From a candidate division FCPU426 bacterium (lineage in GTDB: Bacteria; Oederibacteriota; JAAXVQ01; JAUVAV01): a stretch of DNA of 16,006 bases. This document shows, one piece after another, positions 14,738 through 16,006 of this stretch. Position 1 is the stretch's first letter. Every line of letters begins with the position of its first letter. The stretch lies in assembly GCA_030637655.1 (NCBI GenBank), contig DAOWGI010000008.1, positions 1 through 16,006 on the forward strand. The letters run 5' to 3'. The notes under the pieces were generated by a model, which saw only the letters and a list, made by a program, of their open reading frames with translations, was not told the origin of the DNA and did no database searches. Made by a program: the position numbers and the translations under genes.

Positions 14738-14830
14738 GGGAAAATACTCTGATCCCTGGTTCTATGTCTTGAGCCCGGACTGACGGCCCTGTGGGGCATC
14801 GCCGGGCGAGAAGCGGATGCTTCTACTTGT
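14704..14830 (-). ncRNA. L20 leader (ribosomal protein L20-responsive attenuator) upstream of infC
   Basis: Minus strand AAGTAGAAGCATCCGCTTCTCGCCCGG...CCGGGC, closely resembling the Bacillus-type infC leader start (AGAAGCACCCGCTTCTCACC). Followed by an intrinsic terminator whose 5' arm AGCGGATG can alternatively pair with the upstream CATCCGCT. Confidence 0.85.
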
Positions 14831-14862
14831 ACTCACTCATATCAAATTTTTAAGTGCAATAA

Positions 14863-14891
14863 AATATATGTCGACTCTCCCAAAATGTCAA
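14863..14891 (-). promoter_or_regulatory. sigma70-type promoter of the infC operon
   Basis: TTGACA (14891-14886), 17 nt, TATATT (14868-14863), immediately upstream of the L20 leader. Confidence 0.7.
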
Positions 14892-14912
14892 GATATTTTA
14901 TGCCACAGAAAT

Positions 14913-14957
14913 TGTAGGGGCGACCGGCAGTAGGGGCGAGGTAACCTCGCCCCTACA
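14913..14957. repeat. GTAG-family REP-like element (one half copy plus one perfect hairpin) after nusB
   Basis: TGTAGGGGCGA (14913-14923), then GTAGGGGCGAGG-TAA-CCTCGCCCCTAC (14930-14956). Confidence 0.8.
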
Positions 14958-14966
14958 ATATCATTA

Positions 14967-15371
14967 TCATTTAAATGCTTGCCCGATTTTATCCAGAATT
15001 CCGTTTATAAAACTACTCGACTCCTCAGTACTGTACTTTTTTGCCAATTCAATTGCCTCATTCATAATAACACTCTTCGGAACATGCGGATATCGCAACA
15101 ACTCGTAGATAGCCAGCCTCAAAAGGCTGCGATCCACGCCGGCAATACGCTCCAATTTCCATTTATGTGTATTTTCCTTAATCACCTTATCTATCTTCGC
15201 ATTTTCCGCAATCACACCCTGTGATAACTCCCGAGCATACTCCAATACCGCTTCCGAGGCTTTCTGCTGTGCCAAAAAATACCTTATCACTTCCTCAGAA
15301 TTCAGCTTGCCCACATCAATTTGAAATAATATTTTAAAAGCAATCTCTCTTGACTGTCTGCGACGTCCCAT
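14967..15371 (-). CDS. nusB: Transcription antitermination factor NusB
   Basis: MGRRRQSREIAFKILFQ, WKLERIAGVDRSLLRLAIYEL, IMNEAIELAKKYS, FINGILD. Canonical ribH-nusB order. Confidence 0.97.
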   Translation of the reverse strand: MGRRRQSREIAFKILFQIDVGKLNSEEVIRYFLAQQKASEAVLEYARELSQGVIAENAKIDKVIKENTHKWKLERIAGVDRSLLRLAIYELLRYPHVPKSVIMNEAIELAKKYSTEESSSFINGILDKIGQAFK

Positions 15372-15373
15372 AA

Positions 15374-15844
15374 TTATACCTTTTCAATCTCCCCGTATAA
15401 ATTGACCATCTCAATAGCCGCTTGCGCCGCGTCAAAACCTTTGTTGCCTGACTTGGTTCCGGCACGCTCTACTGCCTGCTCAATGGTATCTGTAGTTAAA
15501 ATACCAAAAATAATTGGAATATTTCCGGCCATTGCCGCCTGCGCTACCCCTTTAGCAGCTTCAGCGGCAACATAATCAAAATGCGGTGTATTCCCCCGAA
15601 TAATCGTACCCAAGCAGAGAATCGCATCATATTTTTTTGTTTCCGCAATTTTTTTTGCCAAATACGGGATCTCAAAAGCGCCGGGCACCCAGGCCATATC
15701 AATATCCCTGTCTTGAGCTCCATGCCGTATCAAGGCGTCTTCAGCGCCTTCCAACAACTTTTTTGATATAAACTCATTAAAACGACTTACAACAATAAAA
15801 AACTTTTTTCCTGCAACAACCAATTTTCCCTCAAATATTTTCAT
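15374..15844 (-). CDS. ribH: 6,7-dimethyl-8-ribityllumazine synthase
   Basis: [69 protein letters not shown]. Confidence 0.99.
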   Translation of the reverse strand: MKIFEGKLVVAGKKFFIVVSRFNEFISKKLLEGAEDALIRHGAQDRDIDMAWVPGAFEIPYLAKKIAETKKYDAILCLGTIIRGNTPHFDYVAAEAAKGVAQAAMAGNIPIIFGILTTDTIEQAVERAGTKSGNKGFDAAQAAIEMVNLYGEIEKV

Positions 15845-15974
15845 GACAGCCTCCTTTGATTCATTTTGGTATTGTCAAAAGTTCTTGACCTAAATTCTTA
15901 AAAATACTTTTAATTAAAGTTTTTTTGTTTTTATACCACGCTCTCCTAAAGCCACGCTCATTTAAAAGATTCAC

Positions 15975-15998
15975 CACAGAGGCACAGAGGGCACAGAG
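15975..15998. repeat. Short tandem CACAGAG repeat (3 copies)
   Basis: CACAGAG at 15975-15981, 15983-15989 and 15992-15998. Confidence 0.7.
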
Positions 15999-16006
15999 TT
16001 ACACAA

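Noticed and set aside
4026..15766. Numerous plus-strand and nested ORFs overlapping the lipoprotein, uvrC, uvrB, TPR, pheS, trmH, rplT, infC, nusB and ribH genes
   Set aside because: They are antisense or alternative-frame shadows of conserved genes, with no RBS or motifs.
15845..16006. FMN riboswitch upstream of ribH
   Set aside because: No RFN conserved motifs; the region is AT-rich with short repeats.

Overview
Bacterial chromosomal window with two parts. (1) About 1.1-4.15 kb is an AT-richer accessory islet between a secreted-protein gene (minus strand, 1..1008, running off the left edge and missed by the ORF track) and a lipoprotein gene. It holds three toxin-antitoxin modules of different families: HEPN(HI0074-like)-MNT, a HigBA-type RelE+XRE-HTH pair, and a Phd/YefM antitoxin whose RelE/ParE toxin is a doubly inactivated pseudogene. 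The spacers contain palindromic operators and nested REP/MITE-like inverted repeats. (2) About 4.2-16 kb is housekeeping DNA, mostly on the minus strand: ribH-nusB, then a sigma70 promoter and L20 leader attenuator, infC (ATT start)-rpmI-rplT-TrmH-family methyltransferase-pheS with no pheT after it, a convergent cvpA, a TPR protein, uvrB-uvrC and a TPR lipoprotein. The most notable oddities are the methyltransferase, which is in frame with rplT and appears to need a non-canonical start (CTG/ATC) or amber readthrough; a structured 187-nt infC-rpmI spacer; pheS separated from pheT; and the TA/REP islet. All family assignments are from motif recognition by eye, not database searches.
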